The notes beneath the pieces were generated by a model. It did not search any database and had not been told where the DNA came from. It was given only the letters and a program-made list of their open reading frames with translations. 64,000 nucleotides of DNA from Auanema rhodensis (taxonomy: Eukaryota > Animalia > Nematoda). Location of the stretch: assembly GCA_964057225.1 (NCBI GenBank), contig OZ059899.1, positions 12,524,001 through 12,588,000 on the forward strand, written 5' to 3'. The position numbers were made by a program, and so were the translations under genes. Each line of letters begins with the position of its first letter. Within the stretch, counting starts at the first letter, position 1. Below are positions 1-14,478 of this stretch, piece by piece.

Positions 1-85
1 GCTCGTTCTCGTTGTCGCCCATCTGATCACTTTCACCTCGTCATAGCAATGTGCACCGGACTTCTGAATTCTTATTCGACTTTAC

Positions 86-91
86 TTTCAG
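86..91 (+). promoter_or_regulatory. Probable trans-splice (outron) or 5'UTR splice acceptor of paramyosin
   Basis: TTTCAG 44 nt upstream of the ATG, matching the nematode 3' splice consensus. Confidence 0.55.
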
Positions 92-135
92 AGTCTCGAC
101 GCACGCGGCAGCAGTATCACCACTAGAAGAGAAAG

Positions 136-3100
136 ATGTCCTTGTACAGAAGTCCGTCACAGGCTAACAACGTCTACAAGTCACCGTCGATGAGCGCCTT
201 TGGAGCTCCATTCGGCTCAATGTCTGTTGCCGATCTCGGCAGCTTGACCAGACTTGAGGTACGGCTTCATCCAAATATTTCCGGCTTAATCATCTTAGTC
301 ATCAACAATATCAGCAACTAATATATATCTATATACATATAATCATTTTAGGATAAGATCCGTCTTCTCCAGGAGGACCTCGAATCCGAGAGAGAACTCA
401 GAAACCGTGTAAGTACTATAACCTAATATTAAAAACAAATATACTTAAAAATTGAGAGTTACTCGATAGCTTATTCAAGATACAAGTACTATGAAGTTGA
501 TGTTTTTTTTACTTTCAAGCTAAGTGTGCCAATCAGTTAACTATCATGTATATACATATGTCTGTTCTCTCTCTCATTCTAACACATACACTCAATCTCT
601 CTCTCTCTCTCTGTATCTATCTATCTAAAACTCTTAATAGAAGTAATCAATTCAAATATATTTTGTCACAAACTATACTATATGGTTAATTAATTCATAA
701 TACATTGATTGAAGTTCATATATTCTTAAAACTATTCAATCATCACATCGTTTCTTTACCTATGCCCAGAAATTTTTTATTGGCTTTTTCTTCAGTTTCT
801 TGTTTATCCAATCGATATCAAGTTGCTACCGCCATTTCGCGACATCTGACTGGCATACAGTCACGAGGAAGCAAAAGCTTCTCGTCAACGAACGACAAAA
901 ATCTCGACTCTCACGTCAAACTGAACAAAAGATAAAATGCTTCCACTCGCTTAGCTTGAAACAATGAAAAACAAAAAAAAACTTATCAACTTCATTTGAA
1001 ACTTGGTGCAGCAAATGCTTGATCATGTTGTCAACATACACAAGATAATTCAATTCCATTTACAGATTGAGCGCGAGCGTGCCGATCTTTCAGTTCAGCT
1101 TATTGCTTTGACTGACCGTCTCGAAGATGCTGAGGGTACCACTGACAGCCAGGTTAGCTTGCCTTGAATGGTATAACACTGGGTATCATACTATTCAGAT
1201 TGAATCCAACCGCAAGAGAGAGGGAGAGCTGCTCAAGCTTCGCAAACTCCTTGAGGAGTCTCAGATGGAGTCTGAGGTAAGCTATCTGCCATCAGATGAC
1301 ATCATTCAACATTCACTATCCATTACAGGATGCTATGAATGTTCTCCGCAAGAAACATCAGGACTCTTGCCTCGACTACCAGGAGCAGACTGAGGCTCTT
1401 CAGAAGAAGAACGCCAAGTACGGCTAGTTGAAACCAACATTCCGATCCCCCTCAAATCGTTCTTCTACCCTTCACCATCATCAACACTTCACTTGAATAT
1501 CCTCTTCTCTTATCCGCTATTCAAACCTTCAATTCCTATAATAGACTTGGATAGATCTCAGCAACGTTTTCTCATTTTCAAAATGTCTTCTGAAGATATT
1601 CGATTGGCTCTTGAACTATTCCTATCTAGAGTTTCAACTATTCGTTCTGCTATCTGTAACATGGCACAGAGAAGAAGAAGAAGAAGCCTATTCGATTCAA
1701 AGTTGATGTCTTGAATGAGAATGCTGAGATCGATTTGCGCATTATGATTTCAAGTTGTTGAGGTTGATATTCATTGTTAAGCATCATCGTTGCTAACAAG
1801 AATAATTACAGCTTATCGAAGCTCAATTGATCGTTTTTCCTCCTCTTCTTCTCAGTTTTTTTTCTTTTTCCCTCAATCTCTTATAGTTCTTGGTAGTTGA
1901 GATAAGATAGAAAATTGAAAAGATAGGGAGAAAGGACGAAGGGAATTCCACCATGCCAACAGCACTACCAACAGCTTTCCTTCACCATTCTCTCTTGCCT
2001 CTTCCTCTCCCACCACAAAACCTCTTTTCAATCTTTTTTATTATCTTATTTACGTGGGATAACCTGATGTTTCTGTGGCCGTGTAGTTGGCTGAATGATA
2101 ACTATTCGTGGAAAATGAATAGAAACACAGACAGTTAGAGAGAGCTGTTCAGAGTAGATTGAAGGTGATGAAGATAATGCCAAAGAAATTGCCCCCAAGG
2201 CAGGATGAAATGGAGAGCTCAGAGAACATTAGATCTCATTCTCTTCTTTGTATTTTCTCTCATCACTACGTATTTTGGCTCTCTCTCTCTCTCTTCCTCC
2301 CTCCATATCATCCAAGTGTTTTTACTTCAGTTCTGCCTAATTCTCTTTCATTTCTGACTCATTTTGCTATGACTATGGCATTCATCTCTTTTCAATTCTC
2401 CAATTGCTACCTGAGCTAGAACATCTTTCTCACTTGTATATTTATTAAGAGAAAGAGAGAAACGACAGAACTGATAGACTAGACATAGTAGCATCTGATA
2501 GAGATGAATAGAGATAAGGAAAAAGAGATAGCATTGGAAGAATGACAATGTTACAGCATCTTCCTCCTTTGTGCCACAACTGAGAAGCTCATCGCCCAAC
2601 GGTCAATGCTTCATCTCCCTTCATCCTCCCCCTCGCTCATCTCTCTGAAGTTTCTCGTCCAGCTACTGCTTTTTCTCTACCTTCTTTTTCCCTTTCTTCT
2701 TCTCCTTCTTTTCCATCTAGCTTCTCATCCCATCTTGTTCTAGCTTAACAGTGGCCCGACAGTTGTAATTTGTTGGATTGCTAGCTAGGGATCTCAGGAC
2801 TACGATTCCATCAAGACAATCTGCCGTTTCACAGAATAAGTCGGAATATCTTGAATGACTTCTACTGAACTCAGATTTAATGCTCAAGGGAGTATGTATA
2901 AAACACTAGTTGCCATCTGATTCATGACTCATATAAAAAGAAAAGAATGAAAGAGAGAAAGAAGAAATGAAGAGGATGCACTGAAACGGTGCATGTATCC
3001 TAGAAATTCAAACAAGATTGGACATCGGATAGAATGATGTTGAGAAGGAAGTAAGATGCTAAATAGACAAACACACATACAAGTTCAATATCATTACTGA

Positions 3101-6100
3101 TACTGAGAAGTTTGAGTTGAAGCCTTTGAAACTGCCATATCAACAACAAAACAGTACGGTAATATCATTGGAATTTACCACTTGTTTCTTGGTGTTTTTG
3201 AAAGTTTTCAATTGTTGATTGAAAAATCATTGAAGTTCCGTAATGAAGCTGTTGATAGCATTGGTATATCTGCTGATAAACACATCACAAATCCATTGCT
3301 TATCAATGGAATTCATTTGAAAAATGATTTCAATACCATCGGCTACATTGCCTCTATCAATGCTTGTCTTAGCCTTCTGTCTGTGTTTGCTGTCTCTCAC
3401 CAATCGACCTCTACTACGATAGTTGATCAATTGTTCAGCCAAATCGCTGACTTTTTCTTTTCTTTTTTTTTTCAAATTTCCTTCGAGCATTCAAAAAGAT
3501 TCGTGAAAGCTAAAATGACAGAATATCAGCCTTAAACGAATTGAATGATCTGAAGATCAAAGAGGAAGAGGAATCTTTGCCGTTTTTTTGGGTGAAAAAA
3601 CGGATTCGAAAGAGAGTTGTAGGAGATTCGCAGAAACGACTTAACGCAATCTTCACGAGGCTTTCTCCGAAACAATACAAGCTTCTAGCTTTAGTTAAGT
3701 AAATGGCAATTATTCAATAATGCTCTTGACAATCTCTTTTTCATCATTATATGAAGCTTGATTGTAAGCTTATTGAATAAGCTATTATGCTTAAGATGAT
3801 GCTTTCAGGCAATAGAGCGATATATATGTATTTCGTTCTCATCCTGTTGCTTAAACTCTGATTTCGTATGAGCATTTCACATCACAAAATCAATTTGAGA
3901 CTATGGTGAATCAAATTTTGTCGTATTATTGCTCGTAATTTTCTTGAAATAGCATATGATATATGAGCTGAAGGAGTGTGAGATGGGAAGAAGGGCGAGA
4001 GGCCTGAAGAAGGGTAGAAAGGCAGGAAAGCTTGTAGTAGTAGTTCGGTATGATGGCTCTATGGATATAGCATAGGTGTGCAAATGCTCAGAGACACAGA
4101 ATGAGAGAGATATGAGGTGAACGAGAAAGATATAGAAGAGATTGAGATGAGAAAAGCTAGCTTTACACAATTCTTTTTTCTGTTTCTAGCTATCTTCTTC
4201 TTCTTTTGCTTCTTCTATCCAGATTGCATCAGAAGTTCTTTTTCTATCTCTCTTATCTCATAACGTTGTCATTCTCTCTCTTGCTCTCTCCCTCTCTCTC
4301 TCTCTTAAACCTAAACAGACTGTACTGAATGATAGGAGATGCCAGTTGAGCAAAGAGGAAAACGGCGAAATCTCGGAGAGATTAGAGACAATGTTGAAGA
4401 AAGATACATTGAGCTTTCTCTTTCATCCAACATCGCGGGGGTTGTGCCAAGAGAAAAAGTTACTGAGGACAAGCTCAGAAACCGACACAGAGTGAGAGAC
4501 TAAGAGAAGAAGGTGAGAGATGACGGAGGGAAGATTTCGGTGTGTATGTATATGTGGCGGTAGTATGGTGTAATAGAAGATGAGAGAGAAAACGATGATG
4601 ATGAAGATGATGAAGCCAAGCTGATCCAACGAAGCTTGAAGGCCAAAGAAACAGATGAAAAAGAATCAAAAAGAAGACGAAATATCAGGATGACTGAGCA
4701 AAATCTTGATTCTCATCTGCCGTCCGTACATCTGTCTTCTCTTATTGTATCAGCAACAGCAATAGCTACAGCAAGAGCGGAGCAGCAACAGCACTAGCAT
4801 CATTATCTGATCAGGCTAGAAATTCTCAGGGGCTTCATTATCAAATCCGATAAATGATTTGGATCATGCTATATAGATAAGATATAGTATACATACACAG
4901 GTGTTTCGTAATTCGAAATGTTTAAATACATTTGTTTATTACAAATTTTTATCCGGATAAAACTGGCTTCTGATCGTCGTCCTCTCCCTCTCTCTCTCTC
5001 TATCTCTCTCTCTCTCTATTTTGAATGAAAAAAAAAGAGAAATAGAATGGATTATATGAAGAATATCTAAATATCAAATCGTATAAACTAATAATTCGAA
5101 ACATTTGGGTACAAGAATATCTTGATATAGATTTGATTTACAAGTACTTATTGTATGTTTCATCAAGTTTAAAAGGTTCATCCTCTTAAGAAAAGATTAT
5201 AGTTGAATCTGAATACTTAACACACAAGTATTACCTTATCTTCCTTCTTCTCTTTCATTTCCCCAGTTTTTCAATATTCAATCATCTCATAGCTCTATAT
5301 ACAGTTCTTCTATTTCAGGATCGACCGTGAGCGTCAGCGTTTACAACACGAGGTTATTGAGCTTACCGCTACCATCGACCAAGTCCAGAAAGATAAGGTT
5401 TGTAGTTTGTTGATCATTTCATGAGAAAAACTTCAAGTTTACTGATGTTTTAATGGGGTTTCACAACAATTTCTTTCAAAATCCAAACAGATTATCTTCG
5501 GATACGGTTTCACTTCGTATTCAGTTATGTGAACTGAGGTGATAGGATGTGAAAAGATGCAGCAAAAGCTTAAATAGATAAGAAAATAAGAATTCCTGAT
5601 GAGAGATAAAAAGAAAAGGAGAGAAAGAGGAAAAAATTGGATTTGAGAGAATAATAAGAAGGTAAACCTATTTTGGGAACAAAATATGGGACCAAGTTGA
5701 TCATTTGATTGAAATAAGATTGAAAGGCTTTGAGAAAGGTAAAAAGATTCCTCTCAATATTACATTAGAAGATAAAGAAATAAGCTTATCTTCTTATTAT
5801 TTTTTCGTTTTCTTTCTACATTTTCTGTCTTTTCTTCGTTTGATTATATGAAAAAAGGATTAAGAGGGAAGGAGAAAGTGGTAAACGACATAGAAAGATA
5901 ATCATTTTCTTGTTGATGATGATGATGATGATGATGATTATGCGTCGTCGTCATCATCATCAGAAATGTCGTCCTCGTCGTCCTCATAGTCGTCGTTGAT
6001 GGCTTGCCAAACCACCAAAAAATGTATTATGTTTTCTGTTGTTTTGCTTAAAACAACATACTACTCACATCTAGATGAGTGAATAAGGAGTGAGATTGTA

Positions 6101-9100
6101 AGGAAATGAGAAAAGTAAAGAAGATAATACATACAAGGGATTTATAACTCCTATAGAGGAAATAATCATTGATTCTCCTTTTTCTTTGGTTTTTTTATTT
6201 GAAAAAGAGAGGAGGAAACGAGGGAATTGAGTCATGATTTGCAGGGTTTTATTTTGATTTTGATTTGGAACGTCGAGAAAAACAAATATTTCTTTTCTTT
6301 GCTGTGTTTCTGAAATATTTTTGTAAAAAAGTAATTAAAGTAATTCATTGAATTGACTTAAATTTGTTTTCTGGTTGATGATATTTGAGTTTGTCGATCT
6401 GTTTTACACCTTTTCATCGTCAGAAATACATTCAGTCTGATCAGTATCGATGAGGATAGTGACAGACTTAACAGTGAAGATATGGCAGAGAAGGACAGAG
6501 AGAGAGAGAGAGAGAGAGATTGATAAGGAGGAGAGGTGAAAGACGCCGAATGGCATGTCAAAGGATGTGATGATCATGGGCGATATTCGATTTCTTAGTA
6601 TACAAACAGCTTCCAGCTTCATACTAACCTTATGAACGATGTTGACTACGTTCACAAGAGATAGTTGAGAATGTATATTGCTATAGAGGGAGGAAGATAA
6701 GGATGTAAGGGTGGAGGGAAAGAGAAGGAAGAATTGAGAAGAAGAGGAGATATCCTGGTATCTCTCTCACTTCTACTTCAAACTAACCATTGTTTATCTC
6801 CTACAATCTCTCATTTGCCAATAATCTCTGTCGGAATTTGTGTTGTAATGCGTGGGGGGAGGAAGGCAGATGATGATGAAGAAGCAACACAGCAATAGAA
6901 GAAGAAGTTCTGAATGAAGTAAGATTGAACTGCTTCATCATCTATGAGAGGGAGAAGAAGAAGGCGATCAAGCTCTATCGACTATACAGATTGCTTAAAC
7001 TTCGGTATCTATTAGTTCTCTGATCAAAAGACACCTTTCTTAACAATCACTGGTGATTTCTGATCGTCAGAATGTGTGGCAATGATGAACTTTATCTCAG
7101 AAATCAACTTCTATTCATAGAAATGCTTCATCAAATACCTATCATAATACCAATTATAACAAGTTTTCATCATCTTCATCATAAGCGTTTAGAGTAATCA
7201 ACATGTTTCTCTTACTCTCTCTCTCTTTCTTTCTCCCTCTCTCTAAGCATATACGATGAATATGAGTGAAAATGAAGATTTCAAGATATTTATACATAAC
7301 TATATAACTTATATTTGAATATATAGTTATAAAATATTTATCTGATTAAATGATAATTCACTAATTCAATTGAATATACTTGAATTGATGAAAGAAATGA
7401 TAACATCATGCATATATGTATCAACATATAGTTAGCATGAATAACTAACTAGTAAATGAACTTTCAACTTATGATTGTACTTGTTGCTTCTTTATCTTCT
7501 AAATAACAAAAATTATTTCCTGTCTTCATCATCTTTTTCGATGATATTACTAGAGAGAGAAAGAAAGATAGAGAGAGACAGAGAGACGAAGAAAGAGAGA
7601 CTTAGAGAAGAAACCTTGTGTCTAGTATCATACACACAAATCACCCGAGGGACAAGTTTTAAGAAAAAAGAAAAACTTTTGAGCTTTCAAAGTTTTTGCG
7701 AGGGAGTTGCTCGATGCTCGAGTGACAACTAACTTTCTACGTTATGATCACAAGCGTGAAAGTTGCTGTATTCGAGCCTTTTATATGATATATTGTCATG
7801 AAAAATCATGTTTTTTAATGGAAATATGAAAGAAATTGTTGGTAATCTTGAAATATTTTGGGATATCAGTATATAGCATATAAGTTTATAAGTTTATAAT
7901 CATTTTTGTATTTTAGCACCAAGCTGAGAAGGCTGCTGAACGCTTCGAAGCTCAAACCGTCGAACTCTCCAACAAGGTTTGTACTAGTAAATTACATAAT
8001 ATAACTTTGTAAAGATTGATAGTATCAATCAATGCTTTTTCAAATGAAATTATATAAAACATAATAGTTAGTATAGTTATAATGGTTATTATAGGTTGAG
8101 GACCTCAACAAGCACGTTAATGACTTGGCTCAACAACGCCAACGTCTTCAAGCCGAAAACAACGATCTCCTTAAGGTATATTATCAATGTAGTTAACTCT
8201 AATACTAATTTTCCTTCATCTTATTCGTTTTCTGAAACATACGTCAACTGACATCATGATTCAATGATTTTGCACCATGAATTGAACATAATTCATCATT
8301 GAATTCGAATATTTTTTACCGACATGATGTTTAATTTCATGATATCAATGTTTGAATTAACTAATTGACTTCTAATTGTTAATTATACTAACTATTCAAT
8401 AACTATATACATATTATCAATATGATATCATCATAGATAGATAATTAGATAAAGATTATGATGAATGAGACTTTCATTATGAAAATCTCACTCATTCAAA
8501 CATCAACTAACAAACTAATTCAACCAGAGGTCCTTTAGTTTTTTTCTTTTTTCAACAAACGAAATGAAATATGTACTCCGGGGATTGTGATAATATTCAC
8601 ATGAGATAGAGATACAGCATAAGATCTCAAGAGTTTAAAAGCATGAACATTCAAGCTTCCCAACTAATGCTACTGGCTGATAGTTCAGTTTACTGCTAAT
8701 GCTGTTCACCCTGAAACTCCATAATAGCTGTTGGCATATGAATTGTTCCACAAAAAAAGCTCAGACCATCATAAAGCAATTTTTGACATATTTGTTAAAA
8801 ATCTTCTTTAAACTCTTCTTCATATATCACGTGATGTGTCAGAAGAAAAGTTATTTCTTTCAACTTTTTGAGAATAAAAAGAAGATTCCGTTATCGAACT
8901 CTCATAAGTGACTTTCGGCAACTCCAATCTGAACATCTGAACAAATAGAAAGCAGTATGAAGTCTCATGCCTTCATGCTGTCAACTAATAGCTAGTTTTC
9001 TTCGTTTTTGTTTCTTCAAAAATAATATAATGAAAGGAAATTAAAGAAAATATAAAAAATTAACAGAATATCATGAAAAGTATCTAAAAAACCATATTAA

Positions 9101-12100
9101 CTATATTCTTTTAAGTACTAACTAGACTGATTATTAACTGTAAGTTTTGTTGACATTGTGTTGTGTTGTTTTGTTTTTTTTTGTTTGTTTATTACTAGAA
9201 ATCTTCATAAAAATTATGTTTTCAGGAGGTCCATGACCAAAAGGTCCAATTAGACAACCTCCAACACGTCAAGTATACCCTTGCTCAACAACTCGAGGAG
9301 GCTCGTCGTCGTTTGGAAGATGCTGAGCGTGTAAGTTGTGCTCCTACATACTACTTTTGCATTTATCATATACGGTATTCAATGCTTTTACGTACTCAAT
9401 TACTTCTTTTCCTCTTCTGAGGAAGTTCAAGACGACGAAAGAAGGAAGTAGAAGCAATCACATCCATAGCTTCCCTACTACTGAGTAGACGACAATGATC
9501 TCAGGAATAGCGGACATGCTGACGACGATTTTGTCGTCAGCTAATCTCTTGAATACAAGATTGTCGACGTCGTTGGCTAAAGAATCCATATAGCATAACG
9601 ATGAAAAGTTCAAGAAAAATGAGATTTTCGCATGAAAGAAGTAGAAAAATATGTTTTGTTCAAAAGATTATTCGATTTCTAAGATGCTATTTTAATAAGA
9701 ATTATATGGTATTGGAAATGAATGAAAGAGAGAGAGAGAGAGAGAAAGGAGATGAATTCATTCATTTTCAGATAAAAATAGTTTGTCTGATCTAATCATC
9801 TAATCATCTAATGATATTTCCTGTTTTTGGTCATAAAAAATAGAAAAAAATGAACAAAAAACTTGCCAACCAACATATAATAGAGAATATTCAAGAAAGA
9901 AAGCGATTCAAAAGTTTTCTTTTACTTTGTTTTTGACCAAATTATCAGCTCACAGTATTTATTTGTGTTGAGACTGGTAAAGCTTGCAATGTCAGACGAA
10001 GAAGTATAAATAAGTAATGAAAAACATTAGATAATTGGATAATAATATAAGAAAAAAAAGCTTTTCTTATAATTAATTATTTAAAAAAAAAACAAATATT
10101 GTTCAATTATTAGCAGAAAAATGTATTTTCGTTGCAACTTTGATTTGACGTAGCAACCTGATGATGAATCTAGTTCGTGCAAAAGCACAGAGATACCTAA
10201 GAAGGGGGAGGCTTGAAACATTTAAACTTTTTCTTATATTTGATGTTTTATTCTGATTAGAAACTATATCAACAAGTATAAGCATTGTAACAGCTTTAGT
10301 TGGCTACTTCCTATCCATATCCGTAGTTGTTACGCTCTACTTGACATCTACTTGACAAAGATCAAGAAAGTTGTAGTTCTATTCAAGTTTTAACAAGAAG
10401 CATTACCTCATAGTAAATTGGTCTGAAAACTAGGCAATTCTACGTATCTCCTTCTTCAAGAGGGTATCATTATGCTTAAAATAGACGGAAATCAGCAATT
10501 TAGAAATCTTTAAGTCACACACAATCTTTACTTTTCTTGGATAAGGAAACGTAGAGAAGAGAACCCATGTCATCGTATATGCGCAGAAAAGATATTTGCG
10601 AGGGGAAATTTAATTTTTCGAATAAAAACTTGAAGAATGAGCTTAAGTTCAGCTTGAGCATTGTACCTCAACCTCTGTAGATTCAATCAAATCTGATTAA
10701 TATACTATTAAAATGAATCTTGTGTGAGAAAGTTCCAACGAATAAAAGAATTTTGAGGGACTCTGTGTCCGGTATAAACCTAAATTTACTCATTTTTTTG
10801 AGCTTAACCCTTGAGCTGGAAGCCATTTCTTCTAAATTTTACAACCATAGCAATTATTTTAAGACTTATTTTCATTTTATCCTAATTTAACTTATTTATT
10901 CGATTTTTGTTTCTATAAAGCCCTCTATATATGACACTATCTCTATTTGGCTTTTTGGCACAACTCGTATTCTATTACACGAATTGACGTAATCAGTCAG
11001 AGTGCTTCAGCATATTCTGGTGGCAATTCGAGTCGTCAACCAGTTAAGTTGAATGACTTGACAGGCTATTATTTCTCGATTTAGGCTATATCTAACGTTT
11101 GAAGTAATTTCATATATGAGGGACTTCACACATTTATGTTTAGGCGTGAAACTGAAAATATTAAAATTAACTTAAAGCATTGAAATACCGTATATGGATT
11201 CTGGATTATCTTAATCATTTAATTGATGATTTTTATGGTTTTTTCCTTTTTCAGGAACGCTCTCAGCTCCAATCTCAACTTCACCAAGTTCAGCTTGAGC
11301 TCGACTCCGTCCGCACCGCTTTGGACGAGGAGTCTGCTGCTCGCTCTGATGCTGAGCACAAGCTCAACCTTGCCAACACTGAGATCACTCAGTGGAAGAG
11401 CAAGTTCGATGCTGAAGTTGCCCTTCATCACGAAGAAGTTGAGGATCTTCGCAAGAAGATGCTCCAGAAGCAGGCTGAATATGAAGAGCAGATCGAGATC
11501 ATGCTCCAAAAGATCAGTCAGTTGGAGAAGGCCAAGAGTCGTCTCCAATCCGAGGTCGAAGTTCTCATCGTTGACCTTGAGAAGGCTCAAAACACCATCG
11601 CTATTCTCGAGCGTGCCAAGGAACAACTCGAGAGACAAGTTATGGAACTCAAGGTACTATCAAATAGCTTTACTAAATTAACGTTCACGTCTATCTAGAC
11701 CCGCATCGACGAGCTCAATGTGGAATTGGAGGCTGCTCAACGCGAGCTCCGTGCTGTTACTGCCGAGCTCCAGAAGATGAAGCACCTCTACGAAAAGGCC
11801 GTGGAACAGAAGGAAGCTCTCGCTCGCGAGAACAAGAAGCTCCACGGTATGCATTACAGGTTCATGGTTGAAACTAACTCAGAATATTACAGACGAGCTG
11901 CACGAGGCCAAGGAGGCTCTTGCCGATGCCAATCGCAAACTGCACGAGCTCGACCTCGAAAACGCCCGTCTTGCCGGAGAGATCAGAGAACTCCAAACCG
12001 CTCTCAAGGTATAACAGTCAACTTTTTATAGTATTAAATATTCTGTTTAGGAAGCCGATGCTCAACGCCGCGAGGCCGAAAACCGCGCTCAACGCGCTTT

Positions 12101-14478
12101 GGCTGAGCTTCAAGCTCTTCGTATCGAGATGGAACGCCGTCTCCAAGAGAAGGTAACAACAAACTTATCAGTTAAACAATCTTCATCCACAATCTTTTCC
12201 AGGAAGAAGAAATGGAATCTCTCCGCAAGAACATGCAATTCGAGATCGACAGACTCACCGCTGCTTTGGCTGATGCTGAGGCTCGCATGAAGGCCGAGAT
12301 CTCTCGTCTGAAGAAGAAATACCAAGCCGAAATCGCCGAACTCGAGATGACCGTCGACAACCTCAACCGTGCCAACATCGAAGCCCAAAAGACCATCAAG
12401 AAGCAATCCGAACAACTCAAGGTTCTCCAAGCTTCCCTCGAAGATACTCAACGTCAACTCCAACAAGTCCTCGACCAATATGCTCTTGCTCAACGCAAGG
12501 TAAGCTCACCATCTAACCTTTTACGTTCAACCTGTTTCCTTTTAAGGTATCTGCTCTCTCCGCCGAACTCGAAGAGGCTAAGACCGCTCTCGACAACGCC
12601 GTACGTGCCCGTAAGCAAGCCGAAGTCGATCTTGAGGAAGCCAACGGACGCATCAACGACCTCCAATCCATCAACAACAACCTTACCGCCATCAAGAACA
12701 AGCTCGAGACTGAACTCTCCACCGCTCAAGCCGATCTCGATGAGGTCACCAAGGAACTCCATGCTGCTGATGAGCGTGCCAACCGTGCTTTGGCCGATGC
12801 TGCTCGCGCCTTGGAACAACTCCACGAGGAACAAGAACACTCCATGAAGATTGATGCTCTTCGCAAGTCCCTCGAAGAACAAGTCAAGCAACTCCAGGTC
12901 CAAATCCAAGAAGCCGAAGCCGCTGCCCTTCTCGGAGGAAAGCGTGTTATTGCCAAGCTCGAGACCCGCATTCGCGATCTCGAAACCGCTTTGGATGAGG
13001 AAACCCGCAGGTAAGCCTTCAATTCATAACTTCATTTCAACTTTCGTGTACTTCCAGACACAAGGAAACCCAGAATGCTCTCCGCAAGAAGGATCGCCGC
13101 ATCAAGGAAGTCCAACAATTGGTCGACGAAGAGCACAAGAACTTCGTTATGGCTCAAGATACTGCCGACCGTCTTCTCGAAAAGCTCAACATTCAAAAGA
13201 GACAGCTTGCCGAAGCCGTATGTTTCAGTAATACCTCAAGACAAGCTAAATCATATATATTCCAGGAAGCCGTTACCATGCAAAACCTTCAACGAGTCAG
13301 ACGGTACCAACACGAGTTGGAGGATGCTGAGGGTCGTGCTGATCAGGCTGAGTCTAGCCTTCACTTGATCCGTGCCAAGCACCGTGGATCCGTTGTCACC
13401 GGAAAGGCTGGTTCAAGCAAGGTCAGTTAGGCATTCGATTCATGCTTCTCTCTATGTTATTTCTCTTTCTTCTGATTCTATCAGCTACTTCTATCTATCT
13501 AGAACATAGTTACAGCATTAATAGCACATAGATGTTATTCCTTACATCACCAGTATCAAAAACTTTTCCTCTTTTCAATCTTTCTCTCTATCCCTTTCAC
13601 CATTTCCTCTATACACATAGAATTAGAATTTCCTTCTAGAAACCTATATAGTAGTCTGAAACGTATACACATTTCTTTGCACGATAACCTTCTTATCAAG
13701 CATATTTCAAGCATTTTTTGCAACTTAATTTCAGGATCTATCCATGTTCTAAACAACTGGATATGTACTACTATATCTCTTTCTCTTAATCGCAGTTATA
13801 CACCGATACATATGTACATCGCTAGTGTATATGATACCATGTTCTCCTATATATCCATTATAGATTTCAATTTTATATGGTAAAATATTATTTATTATAT
13901 AATATATAGTTAACTATACATATATAGTATAATATAGTATAGTATAACCAAAATGTTTTGATTTTCTAATTTATTTTCCAAAATTAAATGATAAAAATCA
14001 AAATTTTATTTAAAAACAACTGGTTTAACTATTAATTTATAAGAAATATTGTTGAAATATCAAATCAGCAACATGTTTTCCAATGTTTTAACTTACCTAG
14101 AAGCCTAACTATCCTTATAGAATAGAAGTAGCTTGATATAGTCTCTAGTCTTAATCCCTTTGTTCTTAAAAAACAAATCACCATAATGATACATATAGTT
14201 ATGATTTGAGTTTAATATAGTTAGTTCTCTTATGTTCTACTTACTCATTCAACTATTAAGTTTTAAAGTTTAAAGTGATCGTCTTAATCTAATGTGATCT
14301 ATGACTTTCGTACTCACCTTCACTCATAAAATCAAATTTTTCAATCACAAACATAGAGAAGAACAATAGCATATTCTTAAAATATTCATATAATTACTAT
14401 AATCACATATGATTTGTCTGCTAACTGTCTATGAGACTTGTCTGCTTTCAGGTTTACGTAATGGAGGACGACTACTAA
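136..14478 (+). CDS. unc-15: Paramyosin (thick-filament coiled-coil core protein), 18 exons
   Basis: Exons 136-258, 352-408, 1066-1152, 1199-1276, 1329-1417, 5319-5397, 7917-7976, 8095-8175, 9226-9330, 11255-11653, 11699-11846, 11893-12008, 12051-12152, 12203-12499, 12547-13010, 13058-13217, 13266-13421, 14452-14478; all GT-AG and in frame. Protein MSLYRSPS...[40 protein letters not shown]...[27 protein letters not shown] is typical nematode paramyosin, with strong C-ending codon bias. Confidence 0.97.

Noticed and set aside
3182-3535. Overlapping ORFs in paramyosin intron 5, including signal-peptide-like [25 protein letters not shown] at 3243
   Set aside because: The signal-like frame stops after 25 codons, no consistent exon chain was found and no domain was recognised.
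11219-13022. Long minus-strand ORFs opposite paramyosin
   Set aside because: Antisense shadows produced by the strong codon bias of paramyosin exons.
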